NCBI RefSeq assembly: GCF_964355755.1
Contig: NC_092673.1
Span: forward strand, 7,812,001 to 7,876,000
Origin: Antedon mediterranea
Lineage: Eukaryota > Animalia > Echinodermata
DNA: 64,000 nt
Reading direction: 5' to 3'
The translations under genes were made by a program, and so were the position numbers. The notes below the pieces were generated by a model that did not search any database, was not told the DNA's origin, and was given only the letters and a program-made list of their open reading frames with translations. Below, one piece after another: positions 62,421-64,000 of this stretch. Position 1 is the first letter of the stretch. Each line of letters starts with the position of its first letter.

Positions 62421-64000
62421 TTTCAATTTTTGTTTTTCGGCTGTTCACACAAAAAATCGAGTGTTGACAAAGTGCGAGGCAGCGAGGCAAGCAAGGCATG
62501 CCAAATATTTGTGCGAGGCATCATTTTATCATTTCCAAAAGTGCGAGGCATGCAAGGCATATAGTTTACAATTTCAAAAAGGTGCGAGGCATATCTTAAC
62601 GTGCTATTATGCTATATTATAGGCCTAATAATCAATCGATACAAGCGTATCTAAATAGATTCGTGTATACACTCATCATGTTGTTTATTTTTATGTAACG
62701 ATTGTTTTTTAATTCAAGTCATATCGTGTCAAATTTTACTTTTACAAAAGTGCCCAAACTACGGTTCAAAAATCTGAACGACAGTCTTCAACTTTCGATA
62801 AACAATAATTGTTATAGCGACACACTCATCAAATGACTGCAATGTTTGTTGGCATTTCGAGCGTGTTCACTCACATGGCTCTCGAACATAGCAGAGTGAA
62901 AATAATATGTTGTCACACCCCTGCGCCTAGATCCGGTAGACCCGAGAGATGGAAAATCCCTCTTTACTATATAGCAGTAGCGGAATGATTCAGCCCTCAG
63001 CTCAGAGGATTGTGGTGCATTCCCCTCCTATAGCACGTGGTTTCAGCAGCAACGCACAGGCTTCTCTCTGAGCGGCGTGCCAAAGACATTTTTGACATTC
63101 CATTCTCTAGGAACAACACGTGTACCTCTCTCGCAAATAAGGTGAACAGCGATTGCCAGGACAAGTTCAATAACTGGCGGTGAATAAAAGGTAACTGATA
63201 TGCCGATCCAATAACATGCCGCAAAGAAAAACAAATTGCGACAGAATTCTGGAGCGCGTGTGAAAAAAGACTTACGTCCGACAATTGTAATACTAGGCCT
63301 AAAATTAAACTTTAGCTAATATGCTTAGCCCTAACCTAGATAAGAGGCCTATGTAGAAAATAATTTAATCAATTTTGATATAATAATAATTGGTGTAATA
63401 TTTAATAATGATACACTATTCCTGTTTTAGTAAGCTAGGTATATTGCGAACGATTTGTATTTACGCCGTGGTTAGGATTCCGGCACCGGAACTCAACTGC
63501 CCAGCGTTAGGGAATCCGACACGCTATTGCGCATGCCCAGAGCGAAGTAATTATAGCTTTGCACTTTACCGCGCACCACCACACCACCGGCGAGAGTCGG
63601 AGAGTGTTAGGGATTTACTGTAGCCTATTGCTGCCTATAGTTAGTCGTTGCGCGAGCGAGAGAGCGATGGATGAAACTTCCTTGGCCTAGCCTAGCCTAG
63701 GCCATATGAATTAATAATTAAAATACCACTACGCCACGCGTTAAAATAATTATTATGATATTGATAAGAATCAGCCTATCTATCTAAGAATCGTAAGGCT
63801 GTAATTTTATTAGACAGAGTGAATAGCGTAGCGACCCCGACTTCCCGAACGGTTCTGTTTTTTTCACATCATATCTGCGTGGCGGCTGCCGTCAACAAAT
63901 CAACTTGTATACGCATGTTATTACAGTATAATGCGTTATATGAAATCTTTTATTTTGTACTTGAAAAATCATAAAACTAGTCAGGAAGCAACCATTTTTT

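Overview
AT-rich, intron-rich eukaryotic DNA from a marine invertebrate, probably an echinoderm (inferred from the repeat families, not proven). The ORF track misses most real genes because they are spliced; I rebuilt them by hand from GT-AG boundaries and reading-frame phase. The genes are: (1) kinetochore MIS12-complex subunit DSN1 on the minus strand, 8 coding exons from 18218 to 7268, last exon not located; (2) a divergently transcribed ESCRT-I subunit MVB12, 8 coding exons, 20779-26945; (3) a CCDC190-like gene with a single coding exon, 51567-52697; (4) ITPA on the minus strand, 8 exons, 62420-57443. Between MVB12 and the CCDC190-like gene lies a roughly 10-kb repeat-dense region. It contains a 34-bp satellite interrupted by LINE fragments and a disrupted intronless non-RD protein kinase. 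The most notable observations are: a P-element-like non-autonomous insertion plus tiny TSD-flanked palindromes, one exactly 17+17 bp, that look like P-element excision footprints; a minisatellite grown inside the tRNA head of a Deu-domain SINE; a Polinton/adintovirus-type packaging ATPase relic in an ITPA intron; a triplicated splice donor in MVB12; and TAGGCCTA-rich tracts that cluster near gene 5' ends. All family calls come from motif recognition without database searches.
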